DNA of 61,577 nt from a virus: positions 1 to 61,577 of the IMG/VR virus record IMGVR_UViG_3300035670_000212; one strand, 5' to 3'. The notes beneath the pieces are model-generated. The model was not told the DNA's origin, did no database searches, and saw only the letters and a program-made list of their open reading frames with translations. Position numbers and translations under genes: made by a program. This document shows, in pieces, positions 46,306 through 54,926 of this stretch (position 1 is the first letter of the stretch; each line of letters begins with the position of its first letter).

Positions 46306-48078
46306 ATGCCAATTCTTCGTTCACAAAGGTCATACCCTCTTACCCTGAAATCTGCCGCTGCCGCTCCGATTAATTTGGGTATTGTGGCAGCTTACGATTT
46401 TCAGGGCGACCCAAACAACAGCTACGCCAAGGGCGACGGCGTCGCCCATATCGGGACTAATAACTATACCAAGTCACACGCACCAACCCTTCTAGCCGTT
46501 ACCGAGCATATTAGCGGCCGTGACGTTTCACAGGGACGGACAATTGCGGGCACCTATCGCGGCACGAACATCGGCGCACTGGGTTTTGGCAGTGCGGACG
46601 GAAAAGGGGGGTTCACTATACATCGCAGATTCCGCACCCCATCCTCGGCAAGCGGGCAATCTGGCGCTCGGGCTATTACGGAATACCGTGATGCAGGAGC
46701 CGCAAAAATTACGTTAATCATGCACGAGTTGGCAGGCTACTGCCACTTCAGGTGGGAGTTTTGGGGGTATGCCTTACCTTCGGCGGCACTTTCTGATTCC
46801 ACAGTAGCAAACCGAGTGTCGTACAATAGCATCGTTGACCTCCACGTAACGCGATCTGGTGATACGCTTAAGATTTTTGTCAACGGTGTTTTGCTTTTTA
46901 CTGGCTCATCGCCGGGGCTGACAACTCTCAACACTAATTGGGGCGGAACAGCTCCGTTCAACGGACTGACAACAGGAAACCCAGCCGATCTGGTTTGGAT
47001 TGACGAAACCTACTGGAACCGTGCATTGTCTGACAGTGAAGTGGCAGCGCATCAAGCTGACCCCTACTACGGGTACGTCAATGTTATTCCGGCACCCACC
47101 GGCACGATTACCGACCAACCTGCTCCGGACGGCCAGAGCCAGCGCTTCGCCGGGACCACGACCAATGCCACCATCGGCACTTACACCCTGACCGGCAGCA
47201 ATGGCGGCACGACAGTCGGGCCACTTCCTTTCGGTGTTGCCGACAACGCTTTCGACTTTTCCGCCACCGGCCTGCCCCCCGGAACGTACAGCCCGACCCT
47301 GACCGTCACCGGCCCTGGCGGCACGGCAGGCGTTACCGGCATTAGCACGTTCAGCATTGCAGGAGTCGGCGGCGGTGGCGAGGTTTATCCGCCCGCCCCT
47401 GTCTCGATCGTCGCCAGCGTGGTTGTCTCGCCATCCACGGCGACCGGCTCCGGGACCTTCACGGCTGTTGTCAATGGCACCAACAGCCCGTCGCAGGCCG
47501 TTACGTGGGCAGCAAGTGCGGGCAGCATCAACAGCGCCGGGGTATTCACCGCGCCTGCGGCAACCGGCTCGGCGCAGACCATCACGATTACCGCCACCAG
47601 CGTGCAGGACCCGAGCGTTTCCGGTACGGCTACTGTCACCATCGCCGCAGAGATTCCGACCGTTGTTGCGGTATCGGTGTCGCCATCGCTCATCGCCAGC
47701 TTGACCGCTGCAACAGCGCAGTTCTCGGCGACCGTTTCCGGCACGAATTCGCCACCGCAGACAGTAACGTGGTCTGCCAGTTCGGGCGGCATTTCGTCGT
47801 CCGGGCTGTTCACCGCGCCAGCTCGCACCGACACGACGCAAACGATCACGATCACCGCCACAAGCGTGTTCGATCCGAGCAAGTCGGGCACGGCAACGGC
47901 AATCATACCTGCGCAGGAAGTGATAACGTACGAGCTGGAGGCGCTTTCCCCTTCGGTGCTGCAACGCTACACGACGACAGGCTCGCTGCGCCTGGTGCTG
48001 AACTTCATCGACACGCCCGCGCCAGCAGAGCGCACTATTGTGCTGGGCGCGCGCTCGCGCACCATCACCGCAGGGTAA
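46306..48078 (+). CDS. Fibre / surface protein with a LamG-like jelly-roll and two Big_2-type Ig repeats
   Basis: ...VDLHVTRSGDTLKIFVNGVLLF...ETYWNRALSDSEV... is LamG-like. Two roughly 80-aa repeats follow (...VTWAASAGSINSAGVFTAP...TITITATSV.DPS.SGTATV). Confidence 0.7.
   Translation: MPILRSQRSYPLTLKSAAAAPINLGIVAAYDFQGDPNNSYAKGDGVAHIGTNNYTKSHAPTLLAVTEHISGRDVSQGRTIAGTYRGTNIGALGFGSADGKGGFTIHRRFRTPSSASGQSGARAITEYRDAGAAKITLIMHELAGYCHFRWEFWGYALPSAALSDSTVANRVSYNSIVDLHVTRSGDTLKIFVNGVLLFTGSSPGLTTLNTNWGGTAPFNGLTTGNPADLVWIDETYWNRALSDSEVAAHQADPYYGYVNVIPAPTGTITDQPAPDGQSQRFAGTTTNATIGTYTLTGSNGGTTVGPLPFGVADNAFDFSATGLPPGTYSPTLTVTGPGGTAGVTGISTFSIAGVGGGGEVYPPAPVSIVASVVVSPSTATGSGTFTAVVNGTNSPSQAVTWAASAGSINSAGVFTAPAATGSAQTITITATSVQDPSVSGTATVTIAAEIPTVVAVSVSPSLIASLTAATAQFSATVSGTNSPPQTVTWSASSGGISSSGLFTAPARTDTTQTITITATSVFDPSKSGTATAIIPAQEVITYELEALSPSVLQRYTTTGSLRLVLNFIDTPAPAERTIVLGARSRTITAG
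47404..47895 (+). repeat. Tandem duplicated Ig-like (Big_2-type) coding repeats (approximate bounds)
   Basis: Two adjacent roughly 240-nt units with the shared peptide pattern NSP.Q.VTW.AS.G.I.S.G.FTAPA.T...QTITITATSV. Confidence 0.7.
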
Positions 48079-48111
48079 GACTTTCTCCTGCCATCCTTCG
48101 GGGTGGACTTC

Positions 48112-48146
48112 GCCCGGCGCACTTGAAAAGGTGGCCGGGCTTTTTT
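48112..48146 (+). terminator. Rho-independent terminator at the convergence of the late and leftward operons
   Basis: Stem gcccggc (48112-48118) / gccgggc (48134-48140), then tttttt. An A-run lies on the other side. Confidence 0.75.
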
Positions 48147-48149
48147 ACG

Positions 48150-48284
48150 TCACTGCGGCTGTCCGCATTCCGGGCAGTGCCATGCCCCATTTCGGTAATC
48201 CGAATCTTCAAATTCTCCTGCTGGGCAGTCGCAATGTTCGCAGTCTTCAGGGTCACACCATGGCTCATCATCTTCCGGCTTCAC
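48150..48284 (-). CDS. Small Cys-rich zinc-ribbon-like protein (44 aa), not in the ORF track
   Basis: Minus strand: AAGGAG, 5 nt, then GTG 48284. Peptide VKPEDDEPWCDPEDCEHCDCPAGEFEDSDYRNGAWHCPECGQPQ. The stop abuts the terminator. Confidence 0.5.
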   Translation of the reverse strand: MKPEDDEPWCDPEDCEHCDCPAGEFEDSDYRNGAWHCPECGQPQ

Positions 48285-48298
48285 TTTTTCTCCTTTGG

Positions 48299-48646
48299 TC
48301 AGATGCGGCCTGCGCCGCGATTATTGGCAGAGCGGGTGCGCCATGCCTCCAGTGTGGCTTCGGCGTGCGTGCGTCGCCAGCTCAGTTCCTCGAACTTTCG
48401 CGTTGCTTCCCATTGTGCATCTAGCACGACCTGATAATCCTCATGCGCTCGCGCCCATGCTTCCTTGCCTGCATCGGTGCGCTCGGGCGATTCACGCTTC
48501 AGGCGCGCGAGTTCGGACTTGCGAAAGTGTTCCATGTAGATCATCTGCGCCCGTGCGCGGCCTGCCTCTTCCGCGTTCTCCAGCAGGAAGTCCAGGGCGC
48601 GCTGGGCGGCGGCGTCGCCCATGGGATCGGGGCGTTCGTCGCTCAT
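48299..48646 (-). CDS. Hypothetical protein (115 aa)
   Basis: GGAG upstream. ATGA coupling to the upstream gene. Listed in the ORF track. Confidence 0.65.
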   Translation of the reverse strand: MSDERPDPMGDAAAQRALDFLLENAEEAGRARAQMIYMEHFRKSELARLKRESPERTDAGKEAWARAHEDYQVVLDAQWEATRKFEELSWRRTHAEATLEAWRTRSANNRGAGRI

Positions 48647-48888
48647 GGCGTCACTCCGGCGCAGCCACTGTGCGTTTTGCCGTCAGCCGCAATGCGCGGC
48701 GTCAGCGAATTCGCATTCACGGTAGACAAGTATTCGCATCCGGTTGTCGGATCGCTGTAAAGCACCGGGCTGGAGACGTATCGTTTGTCGTCCTTTGGGT
48801 CGATTGCTGGATTGCACCCGGCAAGCGTGGGCAGGATCAGGCACATCAGGAAAAGCCCCGCGAACAGCTTTCCGGCAAGGCGGCTCAT
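48643..48888 (-). CDS. Lipoprotein (81 aa)
   Basis: Signal peptide plus lipobox LPTLAG|C. GAAGGAG upstream. Confidence 0.7.
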   Translation of the reverse strand: MSRLAGKLFAGLFLMCLILPTLAGCNPAIDPKDDKRYVSSPVLYSDPTTGCEYLSTVNANSLTPRIAADGKTHSGCAGVTP

Positions 48889-49739
48889 GCTGGCTCCTTC
48901 GGTTCCGGAGCGAACGGCAGCATGGCATCGATCTGCTCATTCGTCGCGTTTTCTGGATCGGCCAGCACGTTCAAGATATACGCTGGCGCGCCGAGCGCCG
49001 ATGCGATCTGGTAGGCGTAGGCGATGATCGTCAACAGCTTGTCTTCCGGTTCGTGGCCTTCCGGGACGGCGTCGGCCAGGTCACCGAGTTTTCCGTATTC
49101 CTGATTGACTGCATCGCGCATTTTCTTCGCTCCCTCGATAATGACCGCCTGTTCGTAGCGCGGGCGCAGCGCCAGCAGCGCCGTGTCCTGCGCCATCTTG
49201 ACCACGCCCGCGCCAAGGCCGAATTCGTCTTCGGTAATCGAGCGCGCGGCGATGGCGTCTATTGCGAGCTTGATGTCGCCCGCATTGCCCTGCTGCCTGC
49301 TCATCTTCTGCATGTTGCGGATCACCAGCATGGCTTCGCGCTGCTGCTTGTCGGCGATGACGCGCTGGGCGTGGGCAATGGCTTCGGCGCGCGCCTGAAT
49401 CTCGCGCTCTTGGTCTTCCGCTTCGCGCTGGCGCTTGGTGTCGCGCAACTGCTCCAGGGCGCTTCGTGTCGTGTCCACGGCCATGCGCGCCTCTTCCGTG
49501 AATTCCTCGAATTCGTCGGGCATCACCACCAGCATGCCGAGCCGTGCGAGCACGATGCTGATGGCGACTGAGTGGTCATGCGCGTGCATTTCCGGCAGGC
49601 GCACGATGCCGTCGATGCGGGCGCGGATCGCGGCTACCCGCGCCATCTCCTTGTCGATGTCGGACTTTTCGACCACGACGATATCGGGCTTTCCTTCGTC
49701 GTGGCCGTCAGGCTGGACGATTGCGTCATTGTTTTTCAT
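48885..49739 (-). CDS. Hypothetical protein (284 aa)
   Basis: ORF track. ATGA couplings at both ends. Confidence 0.7.
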   Translation of the reverse strand: MKNNDAIVQPDGHDEGKPDIVVVEKSDIDKEMARVAAIRARIDGIVRLPEMHAHDHSVAISIVLARLGMLVVMPDEFEEFTEEARMAVDTTRSALEQLRDTKRQREAEDQEREIQARAEAIAHAQRVIADKQQREAMLVIRNMQKMSRQQGNAGDIKLAIDAIAARSITEDEFGLGAGVVKMAQDTALLALRPRYEQAVIIEGAKKMRDAVNQEYGKLGDLADAVPEGHEPEDKLLTIIAYAYQIASALGAPAYILNVLADPENATNEQIDAMLPFAPEPKEPA

Positions 49740-49984
49740 GGGGCTACCTTAAAATTTTCATCGTTAAATTCGTGAACCCAGCGCGAGGCCGAATCCAGGC
49801 GGGCGGCTCGGGCGTTTTCGGCAGGCGCGCGTTCTTCGGTCAGCGGCTGCACAAAGAGCCAGGGGCCGCGCTGCTGGTCGAAGAAAACATGGTCCTGCCG
49901 CTTCACCACTTCCCACCGCTCGCCGTGCTGCTTCACAAGCTGCTTGGCGCGCTTGGTCAATGGAAGCAGACTAACAACTCTCAT
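49736..49984 (-). CDS. Hypothetical protein (82 aa)
   Basis: GGAGGAG upstream of ATG 49984. Confidence 0.65.
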   Translation of the reverse strand: MRVVSLLPLTKRAKQLVKQHGERWEVVKRQDHVFFDQQRGPWLFVQPLTEERAPAENARAARLDSASRWVHEFNDENFKVAP

Positions 49985-50001
49985 GCGCTCCTCCTTTTCA
50001 T

Positions 50002-50580
50002 CTATGGGAACTTCTTTTTGACTTCTTCCGAAAGCAGGCGCGAGATTGCAGCCGCCATTTCCGGCACAAGGCGGCGCTCCAATTCTTCGCGCGGCATGCG
50101 GGTAAGCGCCATCTCGCTTATGGCATAGCCGACCACGCCGCCCGCCAGTTGCACGCGGAAATGCATCTGGCCGCGCAGCTGGTCGCGCACCGCCTGGATG
50201 TCAAGCAGGCGGATGACCTCGTAGCGCACCTGTTCGACAGTCAACATCACCGTACTGCCAAATGCATCGACATGCCGAATCTCGGGCGGCAATGCAACGC
50301 GCATGCCGTACGTGGCCGCCTCGTACCTGTCGGCATGAAAGCTTTGCGGCAGGGCGACGCCCGCATAGACGCAACTGCGGCCCACGGCGCGCGCCACGTC
50401 ACGCGCGAAGTCGCGCGCCTCGCGCAGTTCTCGTGCTTGCTGATCGAGCAGAGCGCGGTCCATCTGCCGCACTTCGCGCAGCCCGCCAATCTGGCGGTCC
50501 CTGCTGTCGATTTCCTGCTGCGCGGCTGCCAGCGCCTCGCGCGCCCTGCGGCGCTGGTTGCGCCCGAATCGTTTGCTCAT
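50002..50580 (-). CDS. Hypothetical protein (192 aa)
   Basis: AAGGGGA upstream of ATG 50580. Listed in the ORF track. Confidence 0.65.
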   Translation of the reverse strand: MSKRFGRNQRRRAREALAAAQQEIDSRDRQIGGLREVRQMDRALLDQQARELREARDFARDVARAVGRSCVYAGVALPQSFHADRYEAATYGMRVALPPEIRHVDAFGSTVMLTVEQVRYEVIRLLDIQAVRDQLRGQMHFRVQLAGGVVGYAISEMALTRMPREELERRLVPEMAAAISRLLSEEVKKKFP

Positions 50581-50592
50581 GCTTTCCCCTTG

Positions 50593-51330
50593 TTAGGACT
50601 TCTCTTCGTGGAACCGCTCGATCAGGGCGGCGATGTACTTCTGCGCTTCTCGGGCCTTCACTTCCAGACGCCGTTCCTTGTCTGGGTCTTTCTTGTAGAT
50701 GATGCGCGTGATGCGGTGCGCCGGATCCAGATGCGATACCTTGTGCGCCGCGCGCTCGTCGTCGCTGCACCATTTAATCAGGTCGTCCGGCGTGTCCACC
50801 ATGCCGTAAAACAGTTCATGGTATTGAGTGTCCGGCCAGAGGATGCCGTAGGCCACGCCCTGCCACTCGTAGCCAGAGTCGTGGCAGTCCTCCGAAAGCA
50901 GCGGGAAGGTATAGAGCGACCAGGACGACTTCGCATCCTTGGTGCATTCGCCCGGCACGTAGATGTCGCATTCGCCGGTCAGCCAGTCGTTGGTGCGTCG
51001 CTCGGTGTTCTTGACGTGGCGCGTGAAGAAGACGCGGTTGTACAGGTCGATGGTGTCCTGCTCGACCATCAAGCCCTTCTCCAGCACCTTCGTCGTGACG
51101 ATCTTGCGATAGCCGAAGATTTCCTGGCTGGCGATCAGTTTGCAGTAGGTCTTCGCGCCCGCCGACAAGGTGCGCTCCCAGAGCGGTTCGAGCAGCGCCT
51201 TGTCCTCGTCGGTCTTCTTGGTCTTCTTGGCGATGGCCGCCAGCTCAGGGTCGCGCAGCAGGTCCGGGTCGATGGACTTGGCCTCGCCCATCAGGCAGCC
51301 GATGCTGGAAGGATGGAAGCGGTAGCTCAT
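50593..51330 (-). CDS. PD-(D/E)xK-type recombination exonuclease candidate (245 aa)
   Basis: GGGAGGG upstream of ATG 51330. ...LTGECDIYVPGECTKDAKSS... fits a D...(D/E)xK nuclease core. Adjacent to recT. Confidence 0.55.
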   Translation of the reverse strand: MSYRFHPSSIGCLMGEAKSIDPDLLRDPELAAIAKKTKKTDEDKALLEPLWERTLSAGAKTYCKLIASQEIFGYRKIVTTKVLEKGLMVEQDTIDLYNRVFFTRHVKNTERRTNDWLTGECDIYVPGECTKDAKSSWSLYTFPLLSEDCHDSGYEWQGVAYGILWPDTQYHELFYGMVDTPDDLIKWCSDDERAAHKVSHLDPAHRITRIIYKKDPDKERRLEVKAREAQKYIAALIERFHEEKS

Positions 51331-51653
51331 GCGGCCCTCCCGGTTGCCTTGGTGATGGCGGCGCGGGCCTTCTCGCGCGCCTCTCGCATCCTCGGCGATG
51401 GCGAGCAATTAGCGCACGATTCAAAGTGGCCGCATAGGCATCCAGCATCAGCGCCAAGAACGGCTTGCAGTGCTTCGAGCAGGTCCGGCGCTGCCGAGAT
51501 CAATGGGGCATTCTTAGGATCAAGGGGATGCGGATAGTAAGTCTGATTGTCAGCGACTACTTCGCCAGCAGCATCAACGACTTCAATACCATTTCCGCCC
51601 TCATAAAGTTCAATTTCCCGCACAACCCATGGCGCTGGTGAAAAGTAGCTCAT
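51327..51653 (-). CDS. Hypothetical protein (108 aa)
   Basis: AAGGAGGGAGC precedes ATG 51653. ATGA overlaps with recT and the exonuclease gene. Contains a ...[12 protein letters not shown]... motif. Confidence 0.6.
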   Translation of the reverse strand: MSYFSPAPWVVREIELYEGGNGIEVVDAAGEVVADNQTYYPHPLDPKNAPLISAAPDLLEALQAVLGADAGCLCGHFESCANCSPSPRMREAREKARAAITKATGRAA

Positions 51654-52573
51654 GCTCCCTCCTTCGCTGCAACCGCTTGGCCGCGCTGTTCTTCGGTAAG
51701 TTCGTACACGGCTTCGATTTCTTCTAGTGTGTACGAGCCTGAGCGGATCGCCTTCAGTGCGCGCTCGAATGCCTTCTCGCCCATTTTGTGCTTCTCCTTC
51801 TCCTGTGGCGGCTGGTCCTTGGCGGGCGGCTCGTTGATGTCCACCAGTCCTTCGCCGCCGTCCGTGTTCAGGTGGTGGATGGCCTGCTCCAGTCGGCCCG
51901 AGCCGCGCGGCCACGTTTTCGCGGCCTGCTTGATGACGGTTTTTTTAATCATCTCGCCTGCATCAGTCACCCACGGGCACTTCTTCTTGTTGTCGGCCAT
52001 GTAGGCTTTCCAGGATTCCGAGCGGTCGCGGATGTCGTAGACCTCGCCGATGCTCATTTCATGCGTCAGGTAGTCGCCCGATGCGGTCTTGACGACGACG
52101 TAGACGCCGATGATCTGGCCGCGATCCAGCGCCGATTTAAACGGCTGGTACTTATGCACGGGCGGCTTGTCCACGCCCTGGCTTTCGTACTCGTCCGCCT
52201 CGCGCACCAGCTTGGCCTGCGCCCAGAGGATCGAGCCGGATTCCACGGCCAGGTCGATCAGGCCCATGTAGCTGATGTCCAGGCAGATTGCCGTGTCAGC
52301 GCCAGCCTTCGGGCGGCGCGGCACCAGATAGGCTTGCTTCTTGGCCGGATTCAGGCTGATGCCAATCGCCGCCACGTTGCGCACCGCGTTGATGACCGAC
52401 TGGCGGTTGTTCATCGCGGTCTTGAGCATGTAGCTGTTGCCCTCGATGATCTGCATGGCGAATTCGGCCTCGCGCTCGAAGTTGATCTTCTGGTCAACCA
52501 GCACGGCATTGAAGGTCTCGCGCTGGCCGTAAACGTCCTGCGTGATGATGGTGAGCGGACTGTCGTTACTCAT
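51650..52573 (-). CDS. recT: RecT-family single-strand annealing protein
   Basis: ...[25 protein letters not shown]...[10 protein letters not shown]...[14 protein letters not shown]... matches the RecT pattern. ATG 52573 follows AGGTGG; GTG 52582 is the alternative. Confidence 0.8.
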   Translation of the reverse strand: MSNDSPLTIITQDVYGQRETFNAVLVDQKINFEREAEFAMQIIEGNSYMLKTAMNNRQSVINAVRNVAAIGISLNPAKKQAYLVPRRPKAGADTAICLDISYMGLIDLAVESGSILWAQAKLVREADEYESQGVDKPPVHKYQPFKSALDRGQIIGVYVVVKTASGDYLTHEMSIGEVYDIRDRSESWKAYMADNKKKCPWVTDAGEMIKKTVIKQAAKTWPRGSGRLEQAIHHLNTDGGEGLVDINEPPAKDQPPQEKEKHKMGEKAFERALKAIRSGSYTLEEIEAVYELTEEQRGQAVAAKEGA

Positions 52574-52934
52574 CGCGGCCACCTTCGATCATGTCCAGCA
52601 CGCGGTCTTCCAGCGCCGACACTTGCGCGCCAGTGAACATGCCCATCAGGTCAGCGCCGCGCTTGACGCGCAGCTCGCAGTCGTCACCCTCGAAAGTGAC
52701 GGCGGCAGTCAGCACAACCGCCGTGATCGTCAGTTCGGCAGGCATGGGTTCTTCGGCATCCTCGAAGCGGCCCGATAGATTGCCGGGATGGCCTGGCAGG
52801 TAGTCGTATTTGACTTCGACCTCGAATTCGCTGGCATACACGGATTCCAGCGTGATGGCCGCCGTGTCGGTCGATTTGATGTTCAGCGACAGTTCGCCGA
52901 TGGTGAGAGTCTTGCTGCCTTTCGTGCTTTTCAT
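52566..52934 (-). CDS. Hypothetical protein (122 aa)
   Basis: AAGGA upstream of ATG 52934. Listed in the ORF track. Confidence 0.65.
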   Translation of the reverse strand: MKSTKGSKTLTIGELSLNIKSTDTAAITLESVYASEFEVEVKYDYLPGHPGNLSGRFEDAEEPMPAELTITAVVLTAAVTFEGDDCELRVKRGADLMGMFTGAQVSALEDRVLDMIEGGRDE

Positions 52935-52943
52935 GTTGTTTCC

Positions 52944-54041
52944 TTAATAGCTGATGGATACGGCGGGAATCTTGCCCGACGCAATGAGCGTCACGCACTT
53001 TTTCGCGCATTCTTCGGTCATGCCGCCTTCAACCAGCGCTGCCAGTGCAGCGCGGTTGATGCGGGCCTTGTGTGCCTTGTTTGCTTCGCGCCGCGCTTGC
53101 TCTTCCGCCTCGCGCTTTGCTTCGGCTGCGACGCGATCCTTCTCGCGCTGGACCGCTTCCGCAGCCTCGCGCTCCGCTTTTGCCAGCGCTTCGACTCGAT
53201 CACGCTCTGCGCGGGCCTGAGCATCCCTGCGCTCCTGTTCGGCGCGCTGCTCGGCTTCGACGCGGCGACGCTCGGCAGCTTCAGCTGCAAGTTTCAGTTC
53301 CAGTTCGCGCCGCTCGGATGCCTCGCGCTCGGCCTTGGCGCGCGCTTCGGCTTCCGCAATCGCCCTCGCAGCTGCTGCGCGTTCTTCTTCTGCTTTGCGT
53401 GCCGCCTCTGCTTGCGCACGCTCCACGGCTGCGCGCGCAATGGCTTCCTCGCGCTCCCGGCGCTCACGCTCGGCAGCTTCGGCACGCAGTCGCTCCAGTT
53501 CTGCGGCCTGCGCTTCTGACCGCTCCGCTTCCGTCAGCATGTCGCGGTATTTTGCAAGCGCTGAATCCTTGGTCTTTGCTGCATCAGCCAGGAATTCGGC
53601 GAACGAATCATCGATGGCGACTGCTTCGATGTGGGCGATGCGCTCGCGCAGATCGCTCGATTTTCGAGCTTCGATCACGAAGCCAAGATCGGAAATTCGC
53701 GCTTGAATTGCGGCGATGCGGTCTTTTTCGCGCTGCTCGATTTCGTCAAGCCTGACTTGATGAACCTGAATCATTGCTTCGATGCGCGCTTCAATCGCGG
53801 CTTTTTCCGAGTCGATGGCGCGCCCTTTGACGAGGATTTCAGCCTTCACCTGCTTGCGCACCGCTTCGAGCGCGCCCTTGGTCTGGCGAAGCTTGAAGAC
53901 GTGGCTGCGCGCCTCCTTGTTTCCCTTCTTCGAGTCGTAGTCAAACACAAGCTTGGCGTTGCTCGCCTCAAGCTCTGCAAGCTGCGCATAAAAGGGCTTG
54001 TACTCGGCAACCGCACTTCCTGCTTCATCAATCAATTCCAT
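52944..54041 (-). CDS. Coiled-coil protein, DUF1351-like (365 aa), first gene of the leftward operon
   Basis: AGGAGAAGAGAAG precedes ATG 54041. Long E/R/A-rich coiled coil. The N-terminal ...FDYDSKKGNKEARSHVFKLRQTKGALEAVRK... and C-terminal ...GKIPAVSISY resemble the RecT-associated DUF1351 family (from memory). Confidence 0.65.
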   Translation of the reverse strand: MELIDEAGSAVAEYKPFYAQLAELEASNAKLVFDYDSKKGNKEARSHVFKLRQTKGALEAVRKQVKAEILVKGRAIDSEKAAIEARIEAMIQVHQVRLDEIEQREKDRIAAIQARISDLGFVIEARKSSDLRERIAHIEAVAIDDSFAEFLADAAKTKDSALAKYRDMLTEAERSEAQAAELERLRAEAAERERREREEAIARAAVERAQAEAARKAEEERAAAARAIAEAEARAKAEREASERRELELKLAAEAAERRRVEAEQRAEQERRDAQARAERDRVEALAKAEREAAEAVQREKDRVAAEAKREAEEQARREANKAHKARINRAALAALVEGGMTEECAKKCVTLIASGKIPAVSISY

Positions 54042-54090
54042 CTTCTCTTCTCCTGTTGTCACGGCGTCAAGCGCACCGCCTTGGTGAAGC

Positions 54091-54120
54091 ATATTAGCTT
54101 GAAGTGGGAAGGCAACGCAA
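54091..54120 (-). promoter_or_regulatory. Candidate leftward early promoter
   Basis: On the minus strand: TTGCGT, 18 nt spacer, TAATAT, about 50 nt upstream of ATG 54041. Confidence 0.45.
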
Positions 54121-54132
54121 GCGAAATTTCGC
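54121..54132. promoter_or_regulatory. Perfect 12-bp palindrome (candidate operator) between the divergent promoters
   Basis: gcgaaatttcgc. Flanked by the 9-bp inverted repeat aagtgggaa (54102-54110) / ttcccactt (54164-54172) and tandem cattttNtttct repeats (54132-54155). Confidence 0.5.
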
Positions 54133-54154
54133 ATTTTATTTCTCATTTTGTTTC

Positions 54155-54183
54155 TTGCTTCATTTCCCACTTTGAGATAGCAT
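54155..54183 (+). promoter_or_regulatory. Candidate rightward early promoter
   Basis: TTGCTT, 17 nt spacer, TAGCAT, upstream of the Cro-like gene (AAGGAG, then ATG 54214). Confidence 0.45.
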
Positions 54184-54213
54184 GTGATCTCCCGCAAACA
54201 AGGAGATATACCG

Positions 54214-54429
54214 ATGAAAATCGAAGCAATACGAATGCGCTTGGCGCAAGCCAGTCAAAAGCATGGCGAGCTGGCGCGCATCGCAAGGGAGTCTGGCGTG
54301 ACGTACCGGACTCTGTTCAATATCCTCAAGGGCGAGCGAGAAACTAAGTCGCATACGATCCTTCGCCTCGCCGCTCAGTTCAGAAAAGAAGATCGTCGCG
54401 TCACCTCCAAAGAAGAGGTGAAGGCATGA
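54214..54429 (+). CDS. Cro-like HTH regulator (71 aa)
   Basis: AAGGAGATATACCG precedes ATG 54214. ...ELARIARESGVTYRTLFNILKGE... is an HTH. Confidence 0.7.
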   Translation: MKIEAIRMRLAQASQKHGELARIARESGVTYRTLFNILKGERETKSHTILRLAAQFRKEDRRVTSKEEVKA

Positions 54430-54518
54430 TCGACCCACAAACGATCCCGCACGCGATGAGCCGCAAGGCATGGGAAAAGCTGCTGCGCGAGCAGGGCCAG
54501 AACAAGGAGGGCAAGTAA
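54426..54518 (+). CDS. Very small ORF (30 aa), not in the ORF track
   Basis: ATGA coupling at 54426. Its 3' end carries the AAGGAGG that serves the next gene. Confidence 0.35.
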   Translation: MIDPQTIPHAMSRKAWEKLLREQGQNKEGK

Positions 54519-54926
54519 ATGACGCGGCAAGCACCGAACATCAACCCGCTGGCGCTGATCGCCTGCAAGCAGCGCGCCGGGCAAGAGGATGCAGATGCAA
54601 TCGCGCTGCCCGTGCTGTGCTGGTTCGACGCCGCCAAGCGCGGGCAATGCACGAATACGGGCCTGAACCATTTGACCACACACGTTTTGATTGCCATGCA
54701 TATCGCCGCCATGACGAAATCCAAGGTGCTCGATGACATCTGCAAGAAGGGTTACGACATGCTGTACAAAGCGGCGGGCCGTCCTGGCGACCTGCTGGCG
54801 CTGACCACGCCGGAATATGCGGCGCTCAAAAAGGTGTTTGGCTGGTACGTCCGCGCACTGCCGAATTGCGAAGTAGCGATTCTCAGCGCGGCTTGCGCTA
54901 AGACTGAAAAAATCATGGGGGCGTAA
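54519..54926 (+). CDS. Hypothetical early protein (135 aa)
   Basis: AAGGAGGGCAAGTAA precedes ATG 54519. Listed in the ORF track. Confidence 0.65.
   Translation: MTRQAPNINPLALIACKQRAGQEDADAIALPVLCWFDAAKRGQCTNTGLNHLTTHVLIAMHIAAMTKSKVLDDICKKGYDMLYKAAGRPGDLLALTTPEYAALKKVFGWYVRALPNCEVAILSAACAKTEKIMGA

Noticed and set aside
47404-47895. Tandem Ig-like repeats in the fibre gene as a possible diversity-generating retroelement VR/TR pair.
   Set aside because: There is no reverse transcriptase anywhere in the genome. Differences between the copies are not adenine-specific. This is an ordinary domain duplication.
48065-48271. 68-aa minus-strand ORF from the track at the convergent junction.
   Set aside because: It runs through the terminator hairpin into the fibre gene and has no RBS at proper spacing. 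A different frame with AAGGAG-N5-GTG gives a more credible 44-aa Cys-rich ORF.
53072-53755. Plus-strand ORFs (227, 123 and 88 aa) opposite the coiled-coil gene 52944..54041.
   Set aside because: They are Ala/Arg/Ser/Pro runs produced by the complement of GAG/GCG/CGC-rich coiled-coil codons, with no start context.
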